A stretch of 64,000 nt of DNA from Pelagibacteraceae bacterium AG-390-O04 (GTDB taxonomy: Bacteria; Pseudomonadota; Alphaproteobacteria; Pelagibacterales; Pelagibacteraceae): NCBI GenBank assembly GCA_003278065.1, contig QCHE01000002.1, forward strand, positions 11,388 to 75,387. Reading direction: 5' to 3'. Shown one piece after another: positions 29,310-38,972 of the stretch. The translations under genes and the position numbers were made by a program. The notes beneath the pieces were generated by a model. That model did not search any database. It had not been told where the DNA came from and worked only from the letters and a program-made list of their open reading frames with translations. Positions within the stretch are counted from its first letter, which is position 1. The number at the start of each line of letters is the position of its first letter.

Positions 29310-30360
29310 CACTACCCTCAATAACTGCTTTTAAAAGATCTGCCTGAGTAATTACTCCAATTAATTGATTTTTAGAATTTTTAACTACTAACGGTTTATC
29401 TTTTGATTTTGATTTTTCAATAAGTTTACTTAGTAATTCATTGTCATTAACAATTTCAGAATCACCCCTTAATTTACCGTATTTTTTCTGATATACTTCT
29501 ACCGACTGCATAATTGATTTAGCCTGAACAACTTTTAACCTTGATATACCTTTTACAAAGTCTGCTACATATTCATCAGCTGGATTAACTACAATTTCTT
29601 CAGGTGTTCCAATTTGTATTACTTTACCATCCCTCATAATTGCAATTCTATGCCCAACCCTTACTGCTTCATCTAAGTCATGAGTAATAAAGACAGTTGT
29701 TTTTTTCATCTGCTTTGAAAGTTTAATAAATTCTGATTGAAGTTGTCTTCTAATCAATGGGTCTAACGCACTAAAAGGCTCATCCATTAAAAGAAATTCT
29801 GGATCAGCAGCTAAAGCTCTTGCAAGACCAACTCTTTGTTGCATTCCTCCTGATAACTCATGAGCAAATTTATTGCCCCAACCTTGTAATTCAACAATAT
29901 CTAAAATTTTATTTGCTGCATCCAATCTGTCATTTTTACTAATTCCTCTTATTTCCAAAGGCATTGCAATATTGTCTACAACTGATCTATGTGGCATTAA
30001 GGCAAAATTTTGAAAAACCATACCTATTTTTTTGTTTCTTAATTCTTGTAAACTTTCCCTATCAAGAGTCATAACATCTTGATCATTAATTAAAATTTTT
30101 CCAGATGTTGGCTCTAATAGTCTATTTATATGTCTTACTAAAGTCGACTTTCCACTACCTGAAAGACCCATCACACAAAATATTTCACCTTGCTTTACAT
30201 CAAAAGAAACATCTGAAACACCTATTACTGAATTATATTTTTCTAAAGCTTCCGTTTTTGAAATCTTATTATTTTGAATTGCATCCAGTGCCTCTTTTGA
30301 AGTGTTGCCAAACACTTTCCAAACATTTTCAATTTTAATTGCTGAACTCAATGAATCCAT
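29299..30360 (-). CDS. proV: Glycine betaine/proline ABC ATP-binding protein
   Basis: MGLSGSGKST, LSGGMQQRVGLAR, DEPFSALDPLIR, C-terminal CBS remnant. Confidence 0.9.
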   Translation of the reverse strand: MDSLSSAIKIENVWKVFGNTSKEALDAIQNNKISKTEALEKYNSVIGVSDVSFDVKQGEIFCVMGLSGSGKSTLVRHINRLLEPTSGKILINDQDVMTLDRESLQELRNKKIGMVFQNFALMPHRSVVDNIAMPLEIRGISKNDRLDAANKILDIVELQGWGNKFAHELSGGMQQRVGLARALAADPEFLLMDEPFSALDPLIRRQLQSEFIKLSKQMKKTTVFITHDLDEAVRVGHRIAIMRDGKVIQIGTPEEIVVNPADEYVADFVKGISRLKVVQAKSIMQSVEVYQKKYGKLRGDSEIVNDNELLSKLIEKSKSKDKPLVVKNSKNQLIGVITQADLLKAVIEGSDGE

Positions 30361-30381
30361 TATATATTTCTTCTAGAAAAA

Positions 30382-30412
30382 TATACTCGGCAATATTTAA
30401 TTGCCGAGTATA
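30382..30412 (-). terminator. Stem-loop between proX and proV
   Basis: ATACTCGGCAAT-ATTTA-ATTGCCGAGTAT perfect inverted repeat. Confidence 0.7.
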
Positions 30413-30428
30413 AGTAATTTAATTTAGA

Positions 30429-31391
30429 CTAAAGTCCTAACCAACCATCAACGGTTGACTTATTTGCTTTCATCCAAGCTCTTGCTACGTCAGCTGGATC
30501 TTTTTTCTCAACTGAAATTGCGTAAGCCATAGACGAAACATCGTCTGCTGTTAATTGAAAATTCTTAAAGAATTCTACAATTGCTGGTGATTTTTTTTCC
30601 AAAGATGTTCCCCATCCTATTTGAATTTGTTTTAGGGCATCTTTTGAAGCTACATATGATTTGTTATACCAGTCTGCATCCTCTTTTGGTTGAACCATTT
30701 TGTATTTAGCTGGATCAAATTTTGGTTCTTCCAACATAACTACATCTGCCATTCCCCAAATTGCATGTGGTTTGTAACAATAGAATGCATATCCTTCACC
30801 TTTTTTTATTGAGTCAAGTACTCTTGCATTTTTAACTGCTTCTGCAGCTCTTATTGGTTCAATCCCAGCATCGTATAAACCGTAGTCTCTTAATTTAACT
30901 TGGTTAACATTTGCTGACGCCCAACCGTCTGCACCAATCCAAAACTCACCTTTACCATTACCATCACTATCCATAGCTTTGACAACCTCTGGTCTACCTA
31001 GGTCTTCGATTGCAGTAATATTCATTTTTTTTGCAAACTGTTGAGAAACACAATAGCCTTGGTTTCCTTCATAAGGTTTACTGCTTAATTTTAAGGTTCC
31101 TTTTGGAACTAAGTCATTTGTATAAGCTTGTTGATTTGGTAACCATATATCAGGATGAACTTCGATTTCACCCTTGCTTCTATCAATTGCACCATAAATT
31201 GCAGTATTGTTTCCTGGGACAAGCTCTGCTTCTCCCCCCATTTTATCTGTAACAACTGCAGCAAGTAAATTTGCAATTGCAGTAGCCCCTGTCCATCCTG
31301 GATCACCAATTTTCACTTTTTCAGCAAAACTTGAAAAAGATGTAAATACAGTAATTAATCCAGCAATTAGAACACTTTTAATTATTTTCAT
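30429..31391 (-). CDS. proX: Glycine betaine/proline-type ABC substrate-binding protein
   Basis: Signal peptide; HPDIWLPN, DSDGNGKGE..G..GW, YCYKPH. Confidence 0.8.
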   Translation of the reverse strand: MKIIKSVLIAGLITVFTSFSSFAEKVKIGDPGWTGATAIANLLAAVVTDKMGGEAELVPGNNTAIYGAIDRSKGEIEVHPDIWLPNQQAYTNDLVPKGTLKLSSKPYEGNQGYCVSQQFAKKMNITAIEDLGRPEVVKAMDSDGNGKGEFWIGADGWASANVNQVKLRDYGLYDAGIEPIRAAEAVKNARVLDSIKKGEGYAFYCYKPHAIWGMADVVMLEEPKFDPAKYKMVQPKEDADWYNKSYVASKDALKQIQIGWGTSLEKKSPAIVEFFKNFQLTADDVSSMAYAISVEKKDPADVARAWMKANKSTVDGWLGL

Positions 31392-31513
31392 TTTTACCTC
31401 TTCTAATTAATTTAAAAAAAAAGTTTAACATTTATATTCAATCCAACAAACATAAATTAAAGATAGTTAAAGGCTTAAGGACAATGATAATTAAGATATT
31501 TTACTAATAATTA

Positions 31514-31897
31514 CTAAATAATTTTAAAATCACTTTGTTTAATAGCGTGAAAACCACCATCTATATGGGATATTTTTTTATAGCCCATATCTTTTAATGA
31601 CTTAGTAGCTAAGGCTGATCTCAACCCTCCGGCACAAAATAAAACAAACTCTTTATCTAAGTCAAATTTTCCATTTCTAAAATACTCACTTTCAGGATCT
31701 AACCAAAATTCCAACATACCTCTTGGAATGTGATGTGAATTTTCTACTCTTCCATCTTTATCTAGTTCTCTTATGTCTCTTATATCAATTAAATTACATT
31801 TATTTTCTTTTGAGAGTTTATAAGCTTCATCGGTACTAATTGTTTTAATTTCATTTAATGCTTCAGAAACTAAAGTTTGAGATGATTTAATTGACAT
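31514..31897 (-). CDS. Rhodanese-like sulfurtransferase
   Basis: IDIRD..E, PRGMLEFW, FCAGGLRS, IDGGF. Confidence 0.88.
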   Translation of the reverse strand: MSIKSSQTLVSEALNEIKTISTDEAYKLSKENKCNLIDIRDIRELDKDGRVENSHHIPRGMLEFWLDPESEYFRNGKFDLDKEFVLFCAGGLRSALATKSLKDMGYKKISHIDGGFHAIKQSDFKII

Positions 31898-32010
31898 AAA
31901 ATTTAAATATCTTTTTTATATATAATAAAAATATTATCAAATAAAAGAAGACTGTTCAATCAAAAGTAAACCTGGTAATAAGATTGATATTCTTTCAGCA
32001 GTACTCAGTA

Positions 32011-32322
32011 TTAATAAAAAATAATAGCCCAATATGAAGCTAATCCAGAAAATATTGTTGCAAGTATATTGCGAGTAAAGATTCCAACTATCATTGCAAT
32101 AATTGACGCTAAAATTTTTGGATTATCTATTAATTGAATTGATCCACTGTTATCTAAAAAAATTGCTGGAAATATTATGGCTGGAAATATTGCTGATGGT
32201 ACATATGATAAAATATCTTTTACTCTTTCATTGAACATTTCTTTTTTTAATATAACAATCATTGAAAATCTTGTTAAATACGTAATTAATCCACAATAAA
32301 TTATTAATGCCCAGTTACTCAT
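32011..32322 (-). CDS. azlD: AzlD family branched-chain amino acid export subunit
   Basis: TYLTRFS, LSYVPSAIF; overlaps azlC. Confidence 0.75.
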   Translation of the reverse strand: MSNWALIIYCGLITYLTRFSMIVILKKEMFNERVKDILSYVPSAIFPAIIFPAIFLDNSGSIQLIDNPKILASIIAMIVGIFTRNILATIFSGLASYWAIIFY

Positions 32323-33013
32323 TTTTTTTTTTTATGATTTTTGTTAAAATTATTGCAGTCATAAGTCCAAATAATGCAGCAACTATTACATAGGCTTTGT
32401 ATGGAATATAATTAAACCCTAAAGTAGCAACAGTTCCAGATACCAAAATTACTAAAACATTAATCATTTTTCTAAAATCATTTACTAATATTGCTAAAAA
32501 CGTTAAAGGTACTGCAAAACTTAATCCAAGTTTTTCGGGTATCGCTGCACCTAAAATTATTCCTAAAAAAGTTGAGGACTGCCAAATCAACCAACAAGTA
32601 GCTCCACCACCAATTAAATGAAAATATTTATTTTTTTCATTATTTTTCTTAAAATATTGATTAGATCTAGCAAAAGCCTGATCGATAAGAAAATATGAGA
32701 TAATAATTTTCCAGAACAATTTTAAATCAGAAACATGTTCAGATACTACCGCTCCGTATAGTAAATGTCTTGAATTAACAGCACCAACAGAGCTTATAAT
32801 CACTAATGAAGATGCTCCTCCAGAAAACAATTGCAAAAGAACTATTTGTGATGCTCCACCAAATATTATTAATGACATTCCCATTGTTTCTAAAGGGCTA
32901 AATCCAATATCGATTGCTAAAACGCCAAATATTAATCCAAATGGGACCACTGGTATCATCAATGGACTAACATCAATAATTCCTTTAAGAAATATTTTAA
33001 ACTTAATATTCAT
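32315..33013 (-). CDS. azlC: AzlC family permease
   Basis: PFGLIFG, MSLIIFGGASQ, VNSRHLLYG. Confidence 0.85.
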   Translation of the reverse strand: MNIKFKIFLKGIIDVSPLMIPVVPFGLIFGVLAIDIGFSPLETMGMSLIIFGGASQIVLLQLFSGGASSLVIISSVGAVNSRHLLYGAVVSEHVSDLKLFWKIIISYFLIDQAFARSNQYFKKNNEKNKYFHLIGGGATCWLIWQSSTFLGIILGAAIPEKLGLSFAVPLTFLAILVNDFRKMINVLVILVSGTVATLGFNYIPYKAYVIVAALFGLMTAIILTKIIKKKNE

Positions 33014-33032
33014 TTTATTAAAAAGCTTTTTA

Positions 33033-34094
33033 TTAGAAGCAAACTATATGATCAATATGAATTGGTCTTTTTATACCAAATTTTTCATCCACCTCATGTT
33101 GATGAATATGATGAGAGTGAACAAAAACTGGGATAAGGGTATTACTGGGAGTTTTAAGTGTATAAATGAAATTAGTGCCTCTAAACTTTCTATCCACTAC
33201 TTCAAATTTTAGATTACTTTTATCATCATGGTGTAAGTCCTCTGGTTGTACTAAAAGTTTTACTTTTGATCCTATTGGAAAGGGTCTAATAAAATTACCA
33301 GTTATTGTTCCAAGGTCTTTATTTTCCAAGCTTTTAGGACTTGTTACTTCTGCATGAATAAGTGTTCCTCTATTTAAAAAATTAACTACTTCAATTGAAT
33401 TAGGTAAATGGTATACGTTATACGGATCATCAAATTGCTTCAGCTCTTGATTTAAAATTATTCCACATTTAGATCCTAAATAAAAGGCTTCATAAGAGTC
33501 ATGAGTAACAATTATTGTGGTAATCTTTGAACTTTTTAATATTTTTTTTAATTTTTCTTGTATTTCTTCTTTAAAACTCTGATCCACATTGGATAATGGT
33601 TCATCTAATAACAATAAATCTGGCTGAGTAACTAAAGATCTTGCAAGAGAAGCTCTTTGTGCTTCACCTGCGCTAATTTCATGTGGATATTTATTTAATA
33701 TTAAAGAAATATCTAATAACTTTATAATTTCTTGAAAACTAACTTGATGATCTTTTTTACCTTTATTTCTTTCTGTACCTAATAATATATTTTTTTCTAC
33801 ATTGTAATGTGGAAACAAACTATTTTCTTGAAACGCAAGTGATATATTTCTATCTTCTGGCTCAAGATTTATTTTATCTGAAGATAAAACATTTCCTTTA
33901 AGTTCTATTGATCCTTTTTTAATTTTTTCTAAACCGGCAATTGTTCTTAAAATAGTGGTTTTTCCAATTCCTGATGGACCTAGAAGGCAAATAATATCTC
34001 CCTCATTTTCTATAGCAAAAGATACATTGGATACTTTAGTTTTACCTCCAACCTTAAAATCAACATTCTTAACTTCGAAAAAATTCTTATTCAT
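33033..34094 (-). CDS. fbpC: Fe(III) ABC transporter ATP-binding protein
   Basis: GPSGIGKT, ISAGEAQR, LLDEP, TOBE-like tail; operon context. Confidence 0.85.
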   Translation of the reverse strand: MNKNFFEVKNVDFKVGGKTKVSNVSFAIENEGDIICLLGPSGIGKTTILRTIAGLEKIKKGSIELKGNVLSSDKINLEPEDRNISLAFQENSLFPHYNVEKNILLGTERNKGKKDHQVSFQEIIKLLDISLILNKYPHEISAGEAQRASLARSLVTQPDLLLLDEPLSNVDQSFKEEIQEKLKKILKSSKITTIIVTHDSYEAFYLGSKCGIILNQELKQFDDPYNVYHLPNSIEVVNFLNRGTLIHAEVTSPKSLENKDLGTITGNFIRPFPIGSKVKLLVQPEDLHHDDKSNLKFEVVDRKFRGTNFIYTLKTPSNTLIPVFVHSHHIHQHEVDEKFGIKRPIHIDHIVCF

Positions 34095-35706
34095 TGTTTT
34101 CTCTTAAAATATATTTTGAACTAATTATAATGAATAAAGAAGCAATTAATATTAAAAATAATGAAGGCACTGCAGCAGCCTCCAATAAATCCTCAGAGGC
34201 AGAAATATATGCTGTAGTTGCAAAAGTTTCAAAATTAAAGGGTCTTAAAATTAATGTAATAGGCAATTCTCTCACTATCTCTAATGAGATTAAAATAATT
34301 ATAAACAAAAGAGAATTTCTCAAAAAAGGAATATGAATATTCATAAATGTTTTTCTTTTAGAGTAGCCTAGCAAATAAGCGCTTTCATCTACTGAAATAT
34401 TTATTTTCTCATATCCAGATTTTATTCCATTAAAAGCTAAAGAGTAGAATCTCACAAAATAAACTAAAACCAATCCAAGAATTGAACCTATAAATAATTT
34501 TTTAATAGATAAAAAACCTAATGACTTAATTATATTTTCATCGAACCATGCAATAAAAGTTATAAAAGCAATTGCTAAAATTACACCAGGAATCGCATAG
34601 CCAGAAATTGATAAAGTGGATAAAAAATTTAAGGTTTTGTTATTTGAGACCCTATTGCCATAATTTGATATTAAAGAGAATATTATTAACACTAAACTTG
34701 ATAAAAAAACTAAATAAAGAGTATTTAGTAAAAGATCCATTATTTGTAGATCAAATAAGTTTTCTGGAAATTTTATTGTCCAATATAACATTTGGCTTAA
34801 TGGAAATAAAAAACTCATAAAAAATACAAAAAAACATCCTGCAAATGCTAAGATTGCCTTATTGCCAGAAAGTTTAGATTTTTCTTTCTGTTTAAAACCA
34901 CCTCTTGAATTGAAGTGATATTTTGCTTTTTGTCTGGATAAATTTTCAAGCAAAAATAAGGAAAATATAAATAGTAATAAGAAGAAAGATATTCGATTTG
35001 CAAATGCTAAATCGTCAAAAGTTATCCAAGAGTTATAAATACCAGTAGTTAAAGTATTGATTGAAAAAAAATCTACTGCCCCAAATTCTGCTAAGGTTTC
35101 CATTGCAACCAAAGATAAACCAGCAACAATTGCAGGTCTGGCAGCTGGTAATATAATTTTATAAAATGATTTAAATTTTGAAAAACCAAGATTTTTTCCT
35201 AAATCTATTAAGTTTTGTGGCTGATATAAAAAAGATGCTCTAACAAGAATATAAACATAAGCAAATAAAGAAAAGCTAATTGATATTATTGCCCCAAACA
35301 TTCCATCAAACTTTGGAATACTTTTATTGTAATTTGCATCGCCAAATAGGCTTTTTAAAATAGTAAAAGCAGTTCCATAGTTTTCAAAAAAGGCTGTTAA
35401 AGAATAAGCGTAAATATAAGGAGGAACTGCAAAAGATAGAATTAATGCCCATTTGAAAAAATTATTACCTGGAAATTTATAAAAAGATACTAAGTAAGCT
35501 GTTCCAGTGCCTAATATAAATGTTAAAATCAATACTGAGATCAATAATACTAATGAATTAAAAATATACTCTATCAAAAAAGTATTTTTTAAAATTTCGT
35601 AATAATTTGATGTGCTTTCAAAGAAACTTGTAAATACAGTAATAATTGGAATTAATACTACAAAAGAAATTAACAAAGAAGAAAGATACCAGCTGTTGAA
35701 TTTCAT
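34087..35706 (-). CDS. fbpB: Fe(III) ABC transporter permease
   Basis: Duplicated permease repeat; PAARPAI, METLAEFG, ELPITLILRPFNFET. Confidence 0.88.
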   Translation of the reverse strand: MKFNSWYLSSLLISFVVLIPIITVFTSFFESTSNYYEILKNTFLIEYIFNSLVLLISVLILTFILGTGTAYLVSFYKFPGNNFFKWALILSFAVPPYIYAYSLTAFFENYGTAFTILKSLFGDANYNKSIPKFDGMFGAIISISFSLFAYVYILVRASFLYQPQNLIDLGKNLGFSKFKSFYKIILPAARPAIVAGLSLVAMETLAEFGAVDFFSINTLTTGIYNSWITFDDLAFANRISFFLLLFIFSLFLLENLSRQKAKYHFNSRGGFKQKEKSKLSGNKAILAFAGCFFVFFMSFLFPLSQMLYWTIKFPENLFDLQIMDLLLNTLYLVFLSSLVLIIFSLISNYGNRVSNNKTLNFLSTLSISGYAIPGVILAIAFITFIAWFDENIIKSLGFLSIKKLFIGSILGLVLVYFVRFYSLAFNGIKSGYEKINISVDESAYLLGYSKRKTFMNIHIPFLRNSLLFIIILISLEIVRELPITLILRPFNFETFATTAYISASEDLLEAAAVPSLFLILIASLFIIISSKYILRENNE

Positions 35707-35728
35707 ATTATAATCCGCCTTATAAATG

Positions 35729-35774
35729 AAAAAAGTAAAGTGTCCACAATAAATCCCTATTCATTGCGGACACT
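35729..35774 (-). terminator. Intrinsic terminator-like hairpin upstream of fbpB
   Basis: Minus strand AGTGTCCGCAATGAAT-AGGG-ATTTATTGTGGACACT followed by TTACTTTTTT. Confidence 0.75.
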
Positions 35775-35848
35775 ATTTAAGAAAATCAAAAATTAAATAC
35801 TTTTAGGATATGCGGAACCTCCTTAGTTTTAATTTGAGACATTTTTCT

Positions 35849-35935
35849 TTTATTTATTCTTTCATTGATTTTTTTACACTCTTGAATGCATGGGGAACAT
35901 GCTCTAGGAGACTTATTTAAATCAACTTCGGACAT
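35849..35935 (-). CDS. Putative 28-aa CxxCxxxC peptide
   Basis: MSEVDLNKSPRACSPCIQECKKINEKNK; begins 24 nt after the fbpA stop; no clear SD. Confidence 0.35.
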
Positions 35936-35959
35936 AAATTTTTTTTGTTTTTTCACTTG

Positions 35960-36988
35960 TTATTTCCAACCCGCAGCTGTCATTACTTCTAATGCGGCAG
36001 CTTGATTTTTTCCATAAGAAGATAGTTTAGTTTTCATATCTTGTTGAAAATCTAATCCTAAGTTATTTACTACTAATGGACTTGGTGAAACACCATCAAT
36101 CATTGGAAACTCAAATGTATTGTTAGTGAAGTGCTCTTGAGATTGCGGAGTTAATAAAAACTCTACAAGTTTAACAGCATTAGCTTTATTAGGCGCTCCT
36201 TTGACTAAAGCAGCACAACTAACATTCATGTGTGTTCCTCTGCCATTTTGATTAGGAAAGAAAGCTTTTACTTTCTTAGCTGCCTCTTGTTGCTCTGTAC
36301 CTTTTTTACCAGATAACATCAGAGCTAAATAGTAAGTGTTAGCTACTGCAATATCAGCTTCTCCTGCTGCTACTGCCATGATCTGAGCTCTATCATTTCC
36401 TTTAGAGTCTCTAGCCATATTTGCAACAACTCCTTTTGCCCATTCAGCTGTAGCTTTTTTTCCATTATTTTCAATTAATGAAGCTACAAGAGATTTATTA
36501 TATATGTTACTAGATTTTCTTATTACTAATCTTCCTTTCCATTTAGGATCAGCTAAACCTTCATAGGACATTCCAGATAATTCAGCACCTGTAACTCTTT
36601 CAGGTGAATAATAAATTATTCTAGCTCTTTTTGCTATTCCAACCCACTTACTTGTTCTAAAACTTTTTGGAACGACAGCTTTTATAGCTGCAGATGTTAA
36701 ACCACCTTGAAGATGACCTTTTGCATCCATAGCACCACATCTTCCAGCGTCAGCAGTGATGTAAAGATCTGCAGAGGAGTCAGCACCCTCTTCAATTATT
36801 CTTTTTTCTAAAGCACCTGATTTTCCATTTATCAGATTAACTTTAATTCCGGTCATGCTTGTGAACTTGGAATAAAGCTCCGCATCTGCTTTATAGTGTC
36901 TTGCATTAAAAACATTAACTTCATTTGCAACAGCAATTGCTGATACAAATAAAGATGTGATCAGTGTTAATATTGTTACTCTTTTCAT
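35960..36988 (-). CDS. fbpA: Fe(III) ABC transporter substrate-binding protein (FutA/SfuA-like)
   Basis: Signal peptide; ARHY, ADLYITADAG, SSNIYN.SL, ANTYY iron-ligand Tyr pair. Confidence 0.92.
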   Translation of the reverse strand: MKRVTILTLITSLFVSAIAVANEVNVFNARHYKADAELYSKFTSMTGIKVNLINGKSGALEKRIIEEGADSSADLYITADAGRCGAMDAKGHLQGGLTSAAIKAVVPKSFRTSKWVGIAKRARIIYYSPERVTGAELSGMSYEGLADPKWKGRLVIRKSSNIYNKSLVASLIENNGKKATAEWAKGVVANMARDSKGNDRAQIMAVAAGEADIAVANTYYLALMLSGKKGTEQQEAAKKVKAFFPNQNGRGTHMNVSCAALVKGAPNKANAVKLVEFLLTPQSQEHFTNNTFEFPMIDGVSPSPLVVNNLGLDFQQDMKTKLSSYGKNQAAALEVMTAAGWK

Positions 36989-37024
36989 TTATTACCCTTT
37001 TCTCCGCATGATTGTTTTTGCAAA

Positions 37025-37055
37025 TGATAACTATTCTCAATGAGAATGATTATCA
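37025..37055. promoter_or_regulatory. Tandem Fur-box-like operator upstream of fbpA
   Basis: TGATAACTATTCTCA-A-TGAGAATGATTATCA: two 7-1-7 boxes forming a near-palindrome. Confidence 0.75.
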
Positions 37056-37079
37056 ATCGCAATTATGTCGCAGGTTGTA

Positions 37080-37970
37080 CTAGACTTTCCAGTCGCCTAT
37101 TTTGCTGAATAAGAAATTTCTAAAAGCTTGAACTCTAGCTGTGTTTTTAAGAGATTGAGGGTAAACAAAATGAGCCTCAGTAATAGGTCCCTCAGATTTA
37201 GGTAGTACTTTAATTAAATTGTTTGAATTGCTTACCAAATATTCTGGTAGTGCTGCTAAACCTACTCCAGATTCAACTGCTAAAAGTAATCCCATTACAC
37301 TATTTACCTTCATAATCGATTTTCTTTTTTTTCCATCATGCATACCAAGTTTTAAGGCCCAGTCTGGATTATAAACTGGTGAAGGAGCTCCCTTACCAAA
37401 AGAAATAAATTTATGCTTATTTAGATCCCCGATAGTTTTGGGCATTCCATGTTTTTCAAGATATTTATTTGATCCATATATATAGTACTTAATATCAACT
37501 AGCTTTTTTTGTATATAATTCAATTGTTTCGGTCTTCTCATAAAAATACCAATATCAGCTTGCCTTGTGCTCAAATCTAGTTCTTTATCATCAAAAACCA
37601 ATTCAATCTCAATCTCAGGATTAAGACGCATAAATTCTTGAATTCTTGGTGTTAACCAGTGAGTTCCGAAACTTCTAACAGTGGTAATAGTTAATTTTCC
37701 TGTGGGTTTATTTTTTTGATCACCTAGTGAAGTTTCTACCTCTTTTAATTTACTTATAACCTCATGAGCAGTTTTAAACACATATTCACCATTTTCAGTC
37801 AGAGTTAAACCTCTAGCATGTCTTTCAAATAATTGAACTTTTAAATCCTGTTCTAATGATTGAATTTGTCTACTAATAGCTGATTGACTTAAATTTAAGT
37901 TAATAGTTGCGTTGGTAAAACTTCCAGCCTCCGCAACAGCATGAAATATTTTTAGTTTGTCCCAATCCAT
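37080..37970 (-). CDS. LysR family regulator (LsrB/VtlR-like N-terminus)
   Basis: MDWDKLKIFHAVAEAGSFT..SQSAISRQI..LFERHARG. Confidence 0.9.
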   Translation of the reverse strand: MDWDKLKIFHAVAEAGSFTNATINLNLSQSAISRQIQSLEQDLKVQLFERHARGLTLTENGEYVFKTAHEVISKLKEVETSLGDQKNKPTGKLTITTVRSFGTHWLTPRIQEFMRLNPEIEIELVFDDKELDLSTRQADIGIFMRRPKQLNYIQKKLVDIKYYIYGSNKYLEKHGMPKTIGDLNKHKFISFGKGAPSPVYNPDWALKLGMHDGKKRKSIMKVNSVMGLLLAVESGVGLAALPEYLVSNSNNLIKVLPKSEGPITEAHFVYPQSLKNTARVQAFRNFLFSKIGDWKV

Positions 37971-38971
37971 TATTTATTTAAATCAACTAAAACTCTTCCT
38001 GAAATTTCACCTTTTAATATTTTAGGATATGTTTCAATTAATTCTTCTAAGCTTACTGTTTGAATGGATTTTTCTAATAAATTAAAATCAACTAAATTTG
38101 CAGCTTCACTCCAAATAAATTCTCTTCTTTTAATACTGCAGTTAGCAGAGTCCATTCCCCAAAGTTTAATTCCTCTTAACATAAAAGGAATTACATTTGT
38201 ATTAAGCTCATTAGTATTTGCATTTCCACATACAGCTATAATCCCATTAGAGTTGGTTTGAACTATTGCATTAGCTAATATTCTTCCACCAACAGTGTCT
38301 ACTACCCCGTCCCATAATGCTTTATCAATTAGTCTTGGGTCTTTATCAAATTCAGCTCTATTAACAACAGTTTTAGCTCCAAGAGATTTTAGATAATCTG
38401 CTTTTGAATCTTTTCCAGTAACTGCGGTTACATTGTAACCCATTTTATTTAAAGCAATCACCGCAATACTTCCAACGCCACCTGTCGCACCAGTTACCAA
38501 AACATTATTTACTTTTTCTCCTAATAAAATTTCCTCTCTAGCTTTAATTGCAAAAGCACTCATCAAAGATGTAAATCCAGCAGTTCCAAGTATCATTGCT
38601 TGTTTGGAAGTTAAATTTTTTGGTTTTTTGACTAAGAAGTCTCCATTGACTTTAGCAATTTGAGAATAGCCTCCATAAAAAATTTCACCTACTCTAAATC
38701 CTGTTAAAATAATTTCATCACCTTCTTTAAATTTTGAGTTTTGGCTTTCAAGTACTGTTCCTGAAAAATCTATACCTGGAATATGAGGAAATTCTTTAAC
38801 TAGACGCCCGCCATTTTTTAAAATCATTCCGTCTTTGAAATTTAGATCTGAATAATCAACTTTAATTGTTACATCACCGTGCTTTAAAAAACTTTTGTCT
38901 ATAGATTTTACTTCTCTTGTAAACTCTTCACCTTTTTGATTTAGAATTAATGCTTTAAATTGATCTGACAC
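37970..38971 (-). CDS. acuI: Acryloyl-CoA reductase AcuI/YhdH (MDR family)
   Basis: YSDLNFKD, PGIDFSG, GTAGFT, TGATGGVGS, PFMLRG, GRVLV. Confidence 0.82.
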   Translation of the reverse strand: MSDQFKALILNQKGEEFTREVKSIDKSFLKHGDVTIKVDYSDLNFKDGMILKNGGRLVKEFPHIPGIDFSGTVLESQNSKFKEGDEIILTGFRVGEIFYGGYSQIAKVNGDFLVKKPKNLTSKQAMILGTAGFTSLMSAFAIKAREEILLGEKVNNVLVTGATGGVGSIAVIALNKMGYNVTAVTGKDSKADYLKSLGAKTVVNRAEFDKDPRLIDKALWDGVVDTVGGRILANAIVQTNSNGIIAVCGNANTNELNTNVIPFMLRGIKLWGMDSANCSIKRREFIWSEAANLVDFNLLEKSIQTVSLEELIETYPKILKGEISGRVLVDLNK

Positions 38972-38972
38972 T

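Noticed and set aside
31898-32010. 113-bp gap with open frames on both strands
   Set aside because: No start codon with SD and no convincing RNA structure; could be a promoter or a gene remnant.
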